A stretch of DNA of 64,000 bases, taken from Paraspadella gotoi. Taxonomy: Eukaryota; Animalia; Chaetognatha. The notes under the pieces are model-generated. The model saw only the letters and a program-made list of their open reading frames with translations, was not told the DNA's origin and searched no databases. Numbering within the stretch: position 1 is the stretch's first letter; every line of letters starts with the position of its first letter. Shown here one piece after another: positions 13,803-26,511 of the stretch. The stretch spans positions 4,296,161-4,360,160 of the forward strand of contig CM119263.1 in assembly GCA_051294375.1 (NCBI GenBank). Reading direction: 5' to 3'. The translations under genes and the position numbers were made by a program.

Positions 13803-14732
13803 AGTTCTAATTAAAAATGTGATAGGAAAAAATAACAAAAATAAACCACTAAATAATAATTATAATAATGAAACATAACAATATTATTTAAATAACTTAA
13901 TTAACTTATTTAACTTATTTAACTTCTTGATTTAATTATTTTAAACTTTAACCAATTAAACTTAATGTTAACTTTACATTAACATACCCTTATATTATTA
14001 AACTTATTATTTAAACTAATTATTTAACTTATTTTATTTATTTACAAATTACAAATTATTACAAAACCTTAATTAAAATTTCTCTAAAATTAATGATGCT
14101 GTGAAGCCAGGCTTTGTCTGTTTCAGATAAACATTTCAAGATATACATTTAAATATAAGATAAGCAACAATGAAGGATCACCATTGGTGATGGCTCGCCT
14201 ATACCTGGATATTGGGATTAAAGAGCCGAAATCCATGAAGCGGTATAGGTCCCCAACTGATGACCTTCCATTGTATAAAAATGAAGATAAAAAATATTCA
14301 AAAAAGAAACAATTAAAAAAAAGTAGAATAAAAAAAAAAATTAACTTTAAAATTATATCATGAATAAAGGTGCCCCTATAGACCTTTCCCCGGTATGTAT
14401 CCCATCAGAAACAACAATTCTACATGGTGTTCTTATCCCTATTGGTAAAAAAATCATATATAACTTTGGTCACCCCTCAAAAAATTATCCATTCCCACCC
14501 CTTCTGTTCAGCCTCTTAGATATTTATGATTTTTCATTAATGACTTTCTAACAGAAATGAGTGTGATATCTATTAGAAACTAGACGATAGTAATCTAACC
14601 TTGTGTTGTTTAGATGCTCCCTCTATTTCCAGAAGACAACATGACTTCCCCTTCCCCAATTTGAATTATTAGATAAATAAAACATTTTTAGAAGAAGCAA
14701 TATATATTTGAATAAATAAATAAGATTAAATA

Positions 14733-14785
14733 CTAAATCTTCATTACAATATAAAAATAGAAATAGTGTGAAACAAGTAATTTGG
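14733..14785 (+). ncRNA. Degenerate minimal type I hammerhead ribozyme-like fold
   Basis: Stem I ctaaat/atttgg, stem II acaatat/atagtgt, then GAAAC-aa-GTA. The CUGAUGA core is not intact (reads CUUCAUU). Position at a PLE 3' end is where hammerheads are expected. Confidence 0.35.
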
Positions 14786-15231
14786 CAAATTATAATAAAG
14801 AGCATAGACAACTACTTCAACAATCAGTTCCAATCAAATTACATTAATTTATTTAACGGCATCAATTTTCTTTTTATTCATTGTTTTTCCTTTCGCTAAT
14901 CTTGTTGTTATTGTTTTGCTTTCAGTGTTTTCTTTTTTTTTTCTCTCTCGCATGAACTGAGAGGATGTTTCGGAGCTTGGGATGGGGTTGGGGGGGTTAT
15001 GCTGAGAGGTGTAGCAGGGGTAGGGGGGAGGTGGGGGGTGTGCAGATGAGGAGCGAACGACGTACGACGACGTACGTACGACGACGACGATCGACCGGAG
15101 GAGTTTTGATTATGTAGGATTGTGGTCAAATAATAACGATTGACAAAGTTCATGATTACTAGACGATGATAATGTTAATGATTAATGTTAATGATAATGT
15201 TACTATGAGGCTTGATAATTGTTTAATGAAG

Positions 15232-15438
15232 ATGGTCGATATGACGAGATGACCGAGATGATACGCCCCCCACGATCAGGCGGCGCTCAAGGTCACAAAT
15301 CCCGAATCACCAATCAACCGCGAATCACGACTTCGAAGTCTAATCCGCGAGTCCGCCGGATTCCCTGTCGGTCCACCGACGTCTTCGGGTCGACGGCAGG
15401 TGACAATCAAGAATAAATCGGGCAATCACTCGAGATTG
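15232..15438 (+). CDS. Putative exon, N-terminal half of an Ig I-set-like domain (frameshifted or noisy)
   Basis: AG acceptor in phase with the 10530 donor; donor G|GTGAGC at 15439. Mosaic translation RITNQP...ESAG/IPCRST...VT.IKN resembles the Ig pattern PxITxQP...SAxFxC...VTWxKN. Confidence 0.4.
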
Positions 15439-16238
15439 GTGAGCTTTCTTTTTTCTCATTATTATTAGTTTCTAGTTAGTGCTAAAAGTATCAATGAAAG
15501 AATCGAATATTTCTCAGACGATAATCTGATCTATAATTTATATATCCCACCGAACGGACCTTTCTTATCTCGTCCAATCAGAATTCCTCCCTCTTTCTAT
15601 CCTCCCGACGAATCAGATTCCTTCTTATTTCATCCCGACCTAATCAAATCGGCTTGTCCCCTACCCTTTTTATTCCCGACCAATCTCTCTCAGATCGCTA
15701 GCAGCCATCTGAATCGCTGCGGAATGCGAAGACGGAGTCGACGGACTCGCGTCGTTTATTCCTCTCATTCTTACTCTCTGGTTCCACCTTCTCTCTGGGC
15801 CGGCGGATGCTTCCGCCGCCAGCCACGCCTCCTCGGGTCATCCGCCGCTCCGAATATCGGGGGCGTCGGGGGCAAGCGGTGAGTGGGGGAGAAGGTGTAG
15901 TGGAGGCGAAGCGCTGCGGGTCAAGTCGAACTGTGTGAAATTCGTCCCACCTAGCCAATATGTTATTCTCCTTGCTTATGCTTGGTCAATTATGTCGAGT
16001 TTTTTTGCCTGCTTATCTTTCGGGGCCGGTTTTTTTCCTTCTCTGGTTTAAGCTCGCTATGCCTGTTTATAATGTCCTGTGGCTGACTGTTAGTTCGTCG
16101 CCTGTCAGTCACTGGTCTGGCCAGACAGTAATGTCTGTCTACTGAGTGTCTGTCCTGCCTGCCTTTCAATCATATTGTCCCGCTATTTGGCCATCCCATC
16201 TATCAGTCTATTAACGAACTAGATGGTCCTCCCTACAG

Positions 16239-16442
16239 AATTCTACGACGGGTGCCAAACGCTTCAACCGTGCATTTAGAGCCGCCCCTCCTCCTCCGCG
16301 CCCTCCTCCTCCACCTCTTCCTAGCTCCCCCTCACATGCAATCATCATCAAATGGGGTCATTCTTGCTCCTCCTCTGCTTATCCTATCGCGTTGTAACGA
16401 GAAGTCGTCTGCGCCCGCGCTACTTTTGACAATCAACATATG
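16239..16442 (+). CDS. Putative exon, C-terminal half of an Ig-like domain (noisy)
   Basis: CCTCCCTACAG acceptor and G|GTGAGT donor at 16443. Reads ..PNASTVHLEP.. and ends ..NEKSSA(R)A(T)LTIN, like an Ig G-strand (cf. 'A.ATLTI' in LAR-type Ig1). Confidence 0.4.
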
Positions 16443-17036
16443 GTGAGTTTTTTTGATTGGCTGTTTGATTGGATTGTCGTTGGGGTGAATTGATTGTTGG
16501 AATTGATGGATTTGACTATCAATACTGTTAATTATTTAATTATATTGATAAATTTTTTGAGAAGCTTTGAATGAATGAATAAAATAACACATGAAACGAT
16601 GAAATGAATGAACGAATGAATGAACCAGAAATGTAATTGAATGAATTGAAAAAACCGGTTTTATGAGCTAAATTTTTGAATGACAAATAAAATTAGGAAG
16701 GCCGGCGTCAAGATCACTTGGAACATAACTAACCACGAGTCTAGAATTTATATAGATTGAATTTAAAGTTATATAAACCGAATCTGAATAATTGCACATA
16801 ATAAAAAAGGTGTTATGCATCGGGATTGGAAGAATTATATGGGGTCGAAGGATTAACGCGTTTCGTGATTTACAGCGAATTGAGAATTCACTTGATTTAT
16901 AGATTTAATAAATTTTATTATTGAATGACGCGTCATTTAAAAAAATGTCGTTGTGCGTCGGTTTTTTATTAAATTAACGAGTTCACTCTGATAGACGAGA
17001 AAAGAAAGAGTAGAGAAAAGAGAGAGAGAAGAGAAG

Positions 17037-17102
<66 letters not shown>

Positions 17103-17968
17103 TGAGTTACGTAGAAATTTCGTTATTGATCATTTATAGTATTTTCTTGTCAACCGCGAGTAATTTCTATTTGAGTCATGAAGATTTAAGGTTTGACGAT
17201 GGAAATTTTGAAAGGCAGATTAATTGTCAGAGAGACTCATCCTGCTGTGGAGAAAAACTCTAAAAGATTTAAAACTTGACATAATTTTTTTTTAAAAAAA
17301 CTGAACAAATTACGTTTTGTTTGGTGGCTTCGTTTTTTCAAGAGACGCGGGTGAAAACTTTTGACAAAAGAGGAACTCGACGCCCAGAAATGTCGCATCA
17401 CACGACCATTTTCTCAGAAAAGATTTCCAGATGAAAAACCGAAATTTGGGGAGTAAAGATCAGAAATTGTCGCTAAATTTGGGATCAAAAGTTCGAGTTT
17501 TTCAAGTGGAAGAGAAATTCGGGGAAAATGTTTTTATTCTCTTTCCTTTAGAAGTTGACTCATTTATTTTATTAACTTTGATTCTTTGCCATTCTCTTTC
17601 ACACTCATTTTTTCTTTCTTTCTTTAGCTCTTTCTTTTCTTCATTCTTTCCTTTCTTTCTTTCTTCTTTCATTTATTTCCTTTCATTTTTCTTTCTTTCT
17701 TTCTTTCTTTCTTATCTATTCTTTCTTTCTTTCTTTCTTTCTATTCTCTCATTTAGCTCGTTTCTTGTTCTGTCATATCTCTTATATCCTTTCTTCCTTT
17801 CTTTCTTATCTTTCTTTCTTAATCTTTCTTTCTTGTCTCTCATCTTTTCTTTCTTTTCTTTTCTTTTATATCTTTCCTTTCTTACTCTTTCTTTCCTCTC
17901 TTTCTCTCTTTCTATGCTTTCCTTCCTCCCGATTTTGTTCCCCTCTCGTCGCCTTTTCGACCCATCAG

Positions 17969-18209
17969 ACGTAAACATTCACGAAACCTCAAGAAGAAAA
18001 AAACTTTCGTACTTCCGCATAAACGAATATGACCTTAAGTATGCGGAGTCGGACGACGACGACGAACGGACGACAGACGACGACGAAAGGACTGACGACG
18101 ACGACGATACTGACGAATAAGGCGAACAATAAATGGACGACGACGAAAGCGTAAGACGCGTACACGAAGGAGTGTACACCGGCAACTGTAGCACAAGATG
18201 TAAAGCTGA
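17969..18209 (+). CDS. Putative Ig-domain exon (noisy, with a GAC-rich insert)
   Basis: Long pyrimidine tract and CATCAG acceptor; VRRVHEGVYT matches the Ig (D/H)xGxYxC motif up to the Cys, which is not seen; possible GTAAGC donor at 18210. Confidence 0.35.
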
Positions 18210-19509
18210 GTAAGCCGAGTAATTGTAGCTAACTGCGCTGAATTTTGAATCAATGTTAAGACGTGGGGCGTGTCCTCTCTCAGATTATTAATAAATAGAT
18301 AATCTACTATGAAATTAAAATTATAGAAATTAAATTCAATAGGAGCGGCGGGGGTTCAAAAACTTTAGTCTAAAATTTTCGTTTGAGCAGTGCTTAATTC
18401 AAATTTCTTAACCACCCTTACTAGAGTTTAGTCTGCCCCCTATTAAATAAACCGTGAATTTCGTCGAGCGACGAAGAAGAATGAACGAAGACAATGTCAA
18501 ACAAGAAAAGCCTTGCACGGAAATTACATTGGGCCTATAGATTTAGTCAAAATAATGTCTGAAGCAATACTGAACCAGTCGACGAGCCAGAAACGACGAC
18601 GGTCCAACCAATAAAAGATGACATCAGTCGGAGGAAGATAATTAAAAAACAGAAGATTGAGTAATTTTCCCTTTTTTTCTTTTTTCTGTTATTTTTTTTT
18701 TTGAGAATAATTTTTTCTTTTGAATCGAAATCTTTGATGCAAAAGGGTTGAGATTGATGATGATGATGATGAATGATGATAGAAAATGGGATGAATGATG
18801 ATGATGATGGATGAAGTCGAACGGCGGAGACGAAGACACGATGAAGACGAACGACGACGACTAATGAATGACTGATGGCAAAGTCAGAACTTATCAGGGA
18901 ATATGATGACAACAATTAATTGATTTTTTTCTGGACGAGCGACATTCCTGACATTCTGGTCATTCTTTATTTTTTATCTTTTATTTTTTTTTTTGTCTCT
19001 CGATCTTTCCTAACGTAATTTTTTTCTTTCACCTTAAAGAAAGAGAATCCTGACAACTTTGCACGACGACGATCGAGCGAATCGAACGACGAAGGCAGAG
19101 GACCACCAAAAAACGCGCGTTGCCTCCCAAAGATTTTTTCCTAGTCATGAAAAAAGTCATTTAATCAAAAAAAAAAGGGTAGTTTTTTAAAAAGAGAAAA
19201 AAATCTTGATTAAATGGGGCGACGCAGTTAGAAAGAAAGATTCCCGCCCTTTGACTTCGGTTCCGGTACGCGAGCAGACAGACTGACGGACGGAGCGGCC
19301 GACGGACCGACCGACAAGACCGACCGACAGAACAGACCGACGGCCGTTGTCGGTTGACAAAAAGTTTGGTCATGAATATACTTTTTAATTTTTTATTTAT
19401 TTAAAATTTTAGTTTTTAAAATAAATTTAGAGTTTATTTTCTTTTAAAAAATTCTGTCAATTTAACTCGAATATCATCGTTCTGATGTTTTTTGAAAAGA
19501 ATTTCTTGT

Positions 19510-19854
19510 TAACTGCAAAATCTGGTTTTAGGCCAAAGCGAAAAGTGAGACAGTAAGGAGGAGTCGTGCGGGCTTGACAGAAGTAAAAAGATAGAGCGGA
19601 GTAAGGAAGGCAAGTGTTCGTAGTAAGTAGGTAAGGATGTGGTGGCAGATCACATTAATGTTCAGGCAAAGAAGGCGGTTGCGTCTGGTGAGTGCCCCGG
19701 CACCTGATGCGTTATCGTGAGTCTAGGGGACAATGGCGACAGCGCAGGCAGGTAGGTATATTAAGGGGGTCCACGTTACCTCGAATCCGGCGCAGGAAGA
19801 CACCCCCTTTAGAGGAGTAAAGAACGGTGTCGACCCGTCGAAGTGAGCTGTCAG
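19510..19854 (-). mobile_element. Probable 3' fragment of a non-LTR retrotransposon (C-terminal CCHC region of ORF2)
   Basis: Minus strand reads LRRVDTVLYS..G.FLRRIRG..DP..IPTCLRC...DS..(H)...C, resembling the I/Jockey/R1-like ORF2 end. Confidence 0.4.
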
Positions 19855-20358
19855 CTACTTCAAAAACAATCAATATAAACGAGCATAGACAAACTATTAA
19901 CCTGTTCAACAAATCAAATATAAGAGCATAGACAATACTTCTCAACATCCCAATGTAAAGAGCAAGACACTACTTCAACAATCAATCAATAGAGCATAGA
20001 CAACCTACTTCAACAATCAAATATAAAGAGCATGACATACCACTCAACAATCAATTAATAGAGCATAGAAACTACTTTTCATCAACATCAAATACAGAGC
20101 TAGACAATACTTCAACAATCAAAATATAAAGAGATGAGACAACTATGTAAACAAGTAATTTGCAAAATAATAAAGAGCATAGAAATCTACTTCAACAATC
20201 CAAATTATAAAGAGCATAGACAACTTACTTCAAGACAATCAGTTCCAATCAAGATTACATTCAATTTATTTAACGGCATCATTTTCTTTTTATTTATTGT
20301 TTTTCCCTTCTCGCTAATCTTGTGTTATTGTTTTGCTTTTCAGTGTTTCTTTTTTTTC
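19855..20358 (+). repeat. Second array (~10 units) of the 36-bp PLE unit, plus the PLE 3' extension
   Basis: Same unit as 12443-12979. Internal restart at TGTAAACAAGTAATTTG (~20146, matching 14767-14785). 20242-20358 matches 14827-14942. Confidence 0.9.
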
Positions 20359-23300
20359 TAGCCTTTCTTTTATGTTTTTTGCTCTTGGCTATAACTAGTT
20401 TCATTTAAGGGGGAATATTAGAAAGGTTTTTTCTCTTCTGCTCTGATGACAGATAAAAGACCACATCCCATTCTTGTTTGTAGGATAACAAGAAGTCAGA
20501 TTCTCTCTCTCTCTCGCTCTCTCTCCTCTCCGTCTCCATCTAATCGATCTCGAAGCTCTCTCGTTCTCTCTCTCTCTCTCTCTCTCTACTCTCTCTCTCT
20601 TGCGTCTCCCATCTTTTCCCGGATAATATTATCCTTTCAAAAAAAAAACCAACTTTTTTCTCTCCTTCCTTTAATNNNNNNNNNNNNNNNNNNNNNNNNN
20701 CTTTTTTCTCTCCTCCTTTATTTTTTCTTTGAAACGAAAAAGAGGGTGAGTCGTGCGATTTCATCTCGTGTGTAAACCTAGTTAAAAGGGTATTTGAGAA
20801 AACTGTACAAACACGACTGTTTGTTCGCGCGGAAACCGAATCGCAAATAATGAGGAGAAAATGTAAAACTGAGTTGGGGGCTGGGAAAAAGAAGGGGCGT
20901 GGGGGTAGGATTGATCAAAACAAAGAATAACTTTTTAAAGAAAAAACAGGAAAACAAAATTTACGATGGAAATTACGTAATAAAATAGAAAGGAACTAAA
21001 AAGTAATGTTAAAACGCTTTTTTTGGAAGGCACCATTAACCTATCTTTTCAAAAAATCCTTTGCTTATCATAAAAAATTATAATTTTATTTTTTTTTTTC
21101 AAATTAGATATTTTACTAGATGCTATTAAACATACGTCTCCTTTTCTTATCACGCTAATCTATTCTTTATTATTTTTCCCTCCTTTTTTATGTTTTTTTG
21201 TTATTTTCTCTCCGCGCATTGAATGATTAATTCCTTCCATTTTCCATGACTTCGCCTCGTTATAACTGCCACCCCATTTTTTTTATTGTAAAGTTCCCTT
21301 TTACATTTTATCCAATCTCCAGTATCCCTTTACACTTTAAACCCAAACAACTTGCCCGATCCCGCATTCTAAGCAATTGCCCGAAGAATGGCCCTCTTGT
21401 CCGTTGTTCGTTTCTGCCAATAATCTGGATCAACGACGCCGACGACGACAAGAAGAAGAAGAAGAAAAAGAAGAAGAAGAAGAAGTAGAAGAAGAAGAAG
21501 AAGAAAAGAATAATGAAAAGAAAGAAGAGAAGGAGAGAAGGGTTAGAAAAGAAGAACCGATACTTAATCCTCCATTTCTCTTATCTCGTCACTCGGATTT
21601 TTTTTCCCTTTCTATCGGACCCTTTTGTCCATTGTCACCGAGGAACGCTTATCGGTCTCTCTCNNNNNNNNNNNNNNNNNNNNNNNNNNNNNNNNNNNNN
21701 NNNNNNNNNNNNNNNNNNNNNNNNNNNNNNNNNNNNNNNNNNNNNNNNNNNNNNNNNNNNNNNNNNNNNNNNNNNNNNNNNNNNNNNNNNNNNNNNNNNN
21801 NNNNNNCTTTAGTTTTCAATATGCGAGACTAAAGCTTCTCTTAACTGCGACTTAAAGGTTGACTGGACTGATCCTTATATTTATCGGTTTCGAATAATCG
21901 CATCTCAAGATTCTTGTTATGTTTGTTTGTTGCCTTTTATCAAATGAAAAACAACTTCGTGTGAATTAAGAAAACTATTAAAATGTACTTTAAGTTAAGA
22001 ATCTTTTACTTTATAAAAGAACTAATTTCTTTTTGCAAAATCTTTTGACCTTTAGCTTCCTATCTATTCATTTATATTTCTTTTTTCGCCCTTTTCTTTC
22101 TTTCTTTTTTTCTTTTTTTCTTTCTCTCTTTCTAACAACGTCGGTGGTGGTCGACCATTTGGTACCCGAAAAATGCAGGGAGAAAAACCAACCGAAAAAA
22201 ATGTCAGAATCCTTTTCATTTTTTATAAAAAAACTTTTTTCATGTTTTTCCTAAAGAAGATTTAGATTTGAGCGGAATAAATCTAGAATAAATCTCGATA
22301 AATCTCGAACCAATTTCTTCGACGACAGTGATTCTTTCTATCGGAAAATTTATCTTTTATATCTTCATCCAATTTTTTTTCTCCCGACTTCCGAATTTTC
22401 AATCTCCTTTTTTGTCTTTGTTTGTTCGTTTGATTGTTTATTCGTTTGTTCGTTCGTTCATTCCTTCATTTGCTTGTTTCGTATTTCTTATTTCATTCGC
22501 TTATGCGTTTTTTCATTCATTATTTGTTTGTTTCTTTATTTATTTATTTCTTTCCTTCGTTCTTTCTTTATTTCTTTCTTTTCTTTTTTCATTATTTCAT
22601 TTGTTCGCTCTTTCATACTTTCTTTCGTTCTTTTCCTCTGCAACTTTCTTATTCACTCATTCCTCACTTTGTAAATTATACCTTTCNNNNNNNNNNNNNN
22701 NNNNNNNNNNNNNNNNNNNNNNNNNNNNNNNNNNNNNNNNNNNNNNNNNNNNNNNNNNNNNNNNNNNNNNNNNNNNNNNNNNNNNNNNNNNNNNNNNNNN
22801 NNNNNNNNNNNNNNNNNNNNNNNNNNNNNNNNNNNNNNNNNNNNNNNNNNNNNNNNNNNNNNNNNNNNNNNNNNNNNNNNNNNNNNNNNNNNNNNNNNNN
22901 NNNNNNNNNNNNNNNNNNNNNNNNNNNNNNNNNNNNNNNNNNNNNNNNNNNNNNNNNNNNNNNNNNNNNNNNNNNNNNNNNNNNNNNNNNNNNNNNNNNN
23001 NNNNNNNNNNNNNNNNNNNNNNNNNNNNNNNNNNNNNNNNNNNNNNNNNNNNNNNNNNNNNNNNNNNNNNNNNNNNNNNNNNNNNNNNNNNNNNNNNNNN
23101 NNNNNNNNNNNNNNNNNNNNNNNNNNNNNNNNNNNNNNNNNNNNNNNNNNNNATGAGAAGCATGGAAATACGATTTAATTTTTACGAACGAAGTAATAAT
23201 CATTTACCTTAAATACAAATATTCTATTGTCAATTAAATTACCTTCTCACTTTGTTTCTTACATCATGTACTCCTTTGACTTAACATTTTAATATTTTAA

Positions 23301-23375
23301 CATTTTAGCATTGCTCAGCTCATCTTGGAGTTTCAACTTTCACATCTTCTTTCTCTCTCTTTTTATAAATTTGAC

Positions 23376-23630
23376 ACGCTGTCTGCCACGCTCTGCCACG
23401 CTCTCTACCACTCTCCCTGCCACGCTCTCTACCGCTCTCTCTGCCGCGCTCTCTGACACGCTCTCTGCGACGCTCTCTGACACGCTATCTGCCACGCTCT
23501 CTCACGTACTATCTGACACGCACTCTGCCATGCTCCTTAACTTTCTCTACCACTCTCATGCCACTCCTCATTACCACTCCTATCTCTCTGGCTCCCCCTG
23601 CCACGCTCCGTGCCACGTTCCCTGCCACGT
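23376..23630 (+). repeat. 12-bp minisatellite (CTCTGCCACGCT-like)
   Basis: Direct inspection. Confidence 0.9.
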
Positions 23631-23699
23631 TCCGAACGAATGGGAGGAACTGCGATTAACGAGTTTCTTTTCTTCCTTCGATTGACGAGTTCCGATCTC

Positions 23700-23972
23700 G
23701 AGTATCAATAGAATTTCCCCGGATGTAATAAAAATCTCAATAGAATCAACAGAACTCCCGGATGTAATGAGTCTTTCAATACATGGCCCAACCTAATACC
23801 CGGATGTAATAAAAACTCAATAGAATCAACAAAAGCCCCGGATGTAATAAGTTTTTATTACGAGGACCGACCGAATACCCGGATGTAATAAGATTCAAGT
23901 TTCGAGAATCCCAAGGGATATTCTCCCGGATGTGACGAGGCTTTTCTTTTAAGTATCAATAGAAGATCGGGA

Positions 23973-24006
<34 letters not shown>

Positions 24007-24065
24007 CTTTTTCATTCTTTCTTTCAAGGATGTAAAATGATTTAGCTAAAGACCCGTATGTAATT
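23700..24065 (+). repeat. ~40-bp minisatellite with CCCGGATGTAAT core
   Basis: Core recurs about 8 times, mostly at ~40 bp spacing. Confidence 0.85.
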
Positions 24066-24562
24066 GCCAATAACTAAACTAACCGTTTTTCCCTTTCTTA
24101 GCTTTTATGGAAATTCTTTGATTTCGGGGCGGTGACCGACGCGGCCGCCGCCGCAGTTCCCGCCGCATTGCCGCTGTGCCGCTCGGCGTTGTCCGATATC
24201 ACAATCTTAAGTTAATATTAATATGACTTTCATATATATATATAAATATACATTCTACAACTCTGCTATAAGTTTCAATATAAAGTTTTTTTTTTATAAT
24301 AATGTAGCTTTAAAGTCCCCAAGGGGATTTTCCCTCATTGAAATTCGATGTTGGCGCAATCAACTTTGAGAGATGATGACGTCAAACACTTTTTTTTTCG
24401 AAGCCAATAATTCGAAGCCAATTCCGAGGCCAATATTGGCCTTGGAGGCTGATTAGGCTTAGTTAAGGTCGTTGGTGTCTCGGCTTTTGGATATTTCTTG
24501 TCGTTGAGTTGTGGTTGTAGTGATAGTATAGTAGTAATAAAACTTTTACGTAGTAACGGAAA

Positions 24563-24597
<35 letters not shown>

Positions 24598-25045
24598 GTA
24601 GTAAAAGTAGTATTAGTAGTTGAAGTTACGACATGAACAACAATAACGACAATAACAATGACCCACAGACAACAACAACAACATCGCCCCTCTCTTTATC
24701 CCTTTAAAGTTTACACCCCTCTGCACCTCATCTCGACCCCTCCGCACCCAATCTCAACCCAGATTTCCCCTGGGCCGCCTGTCGCTGTCCCCTCCGCCCC
24801 CCACTCAATGCGATTTCCCTTTCGGCCTTTGGAATCGGGGTCAATTGAGGCGAAGGCCCCCCCCCCCGTCGGAGTAGTCAAAAGGGGGGTAGGGCAGCAG
24901 AGTGGGGGTGGCGGGAAAATTCAAATGAATCCCTGGCCGCGAATGAATCGGAAGGGGCGAGGGGGGGAGAAGGGATGGCAAGGAGGTGGGTGGAGGCGGG
25001 CCTCGGAGGCGCTGGCGAGCGGTTTCAAAACAGGTTCGAATTTAT

Positions 25046-25427
25046 GGGCCTTATTTTTCTAAAACGTCCCATTTTATGCGAAATTTAGAATTATGTTATT
25101 TTTTTTATTTTTATAAAGATTAGGTTAGAAGTTAAGATCAAGCATTAGATTAAGAATTAAGTTAGTGATTAAAGTTATTTAGTAATTGGGGATTAGGGAT
25201 TACGATTTCGGACTAGGGTGTAAGATTAAAAGTTAATGTTAAAGATTAAGGTTAAGATTAAGTTTAATTTAAGATTAAGTGTAAGATTAGAGGTTAAGGT
25301 TAAAGATTAAGGATAAGGGTTTACGGTCAATGTTTAGGATTTGGTTAGGGTTCGGAATTACAGTTGGGGATTAGAGTTAGGGATTAGGTTAAAGGTACAG
25401 CAATGGGACGTTCTTGAAAAAGAGAGC
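25046..25427. mobile_element. MITE-like element with TIRs and a degenerate TTAGGG-like interior
   Basis: GGGCCTTATTTTTCTAAAACGTCCCATT ... AATGGGACGTTCTTGAAAAAGAGAGC form an imperfect inverted pair; interior is gattagggatta/ggttagggtt. Confidence 0.7.
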
Positions 25428-26219
25428 TGAAGAATAAATAATGAAAAAAAGCGATATTAGAAGGTAGACACATTGTCATGTAAAACTTTACATTGTAAAG
25501 TCGTTATAAAATAATAATGTATAAACTATCAATTTGAAGATTGATGAGCTTAAATTGTATACGTTTGCATAAAACAAGTCTATTGACGGTAAATTTAAAG
25601 TAGAAAGGTTATTGTAGTGAGAGTCACCGAATAAAAAAAAACTGAGTTTGGAAAAATTTTTCGACTTAGCCGAAACTCTTGTCCTGACAGCAACCTTTCG
25701 GGTTTTCATCACTCCAGAGATGGTATATTTCCATTTTCTTTTTCCTTCTATAAAAAGAACCGTGCAAAAACATCAAAACAAGTCAATGTTGTTATGGCTA
25801 ATTTCAAGTAAAAAGGTCAATGTAGTTCTGGTCAATATCATCAAAAAGGTCAATGTTGTGAGGGTCATTCTGATAGAAAGAGATCAACCATTGGCTGCAG
25901 AGACTTTTCCGCGATGTCGATCAACACTTCCAATTTGAGGAGGAGAAATGTGAAAAGGTTCCGAAGAAAGAGAAAGAAATGTGAAAAGGTTCCGAAGAAA
26001 AAGAAAGAAAAAGGGTCAGACGAGCAAAGGACTTTTACGGAGATCATCCAGAGGAAGTAAAGGGTTGAGGACGGGTGAGAACGGGTGAGGTCAGAAAAAG
26101 GAAAAGGAGGATTGAGAAGGAAATTCGGTGGGCGTGGCACTAGAGAGAAAGGAGGCAAAGAAATCGAGAGTGACTCTTTCAAAGGGACGGATATGATTAA
26201 AAGAGAGGTTGGGAGTGAG

Positions 26220-26280
<61 letters not shown>

Positions 26281-26292
26281 AGAGAGAGAGAG

Positions 26293-26351
<59 letters not shown>

Positions 26352-26511
26352 AAGGTGGCATGACCGAGAAGTGGTCAGAAAAGGGGCTTTCATGGTAGCC
26401 TTTCGGGCGGGAGAAAGAAAGGAATGTGGACACCGGTAAGGGGAGGAGGAGGAGAAGGAGAAGGAGGAGAGGAAGAGGAGGAAGAGGGGTGCGAAGCGTT
26501 TTGACGATCAT

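Larger units (their letters stand above)
12980..14942 (+). mobile_element. 5'-truncated Penelope-like retroelement (Naiad/Chlamys/Hydra-type RT, no C-terminal GIY-YIG), including 3' UTR
   Basis: RT remnant followed by ~1 kb AT-rich UTR with hairpins, then one copy of the 36-bp unit and a ~115-bp extension that is shared with 20242-20358. Confidence 0.75.

Noticed and set aside
19855-20241. 36-bp unit as concatenated spliced-leader relics (minus strand ends ...GAAGTAG)
   Set aside because: It matches no SL sequence I recognise, has no adjacent donor or Sm site, and is better explained as part of the PLE terminus.
25120-25400. True telomere or chromosome-fusion site
   Set aside because: Highly degenerate, short and bounded by TIR-like ends.
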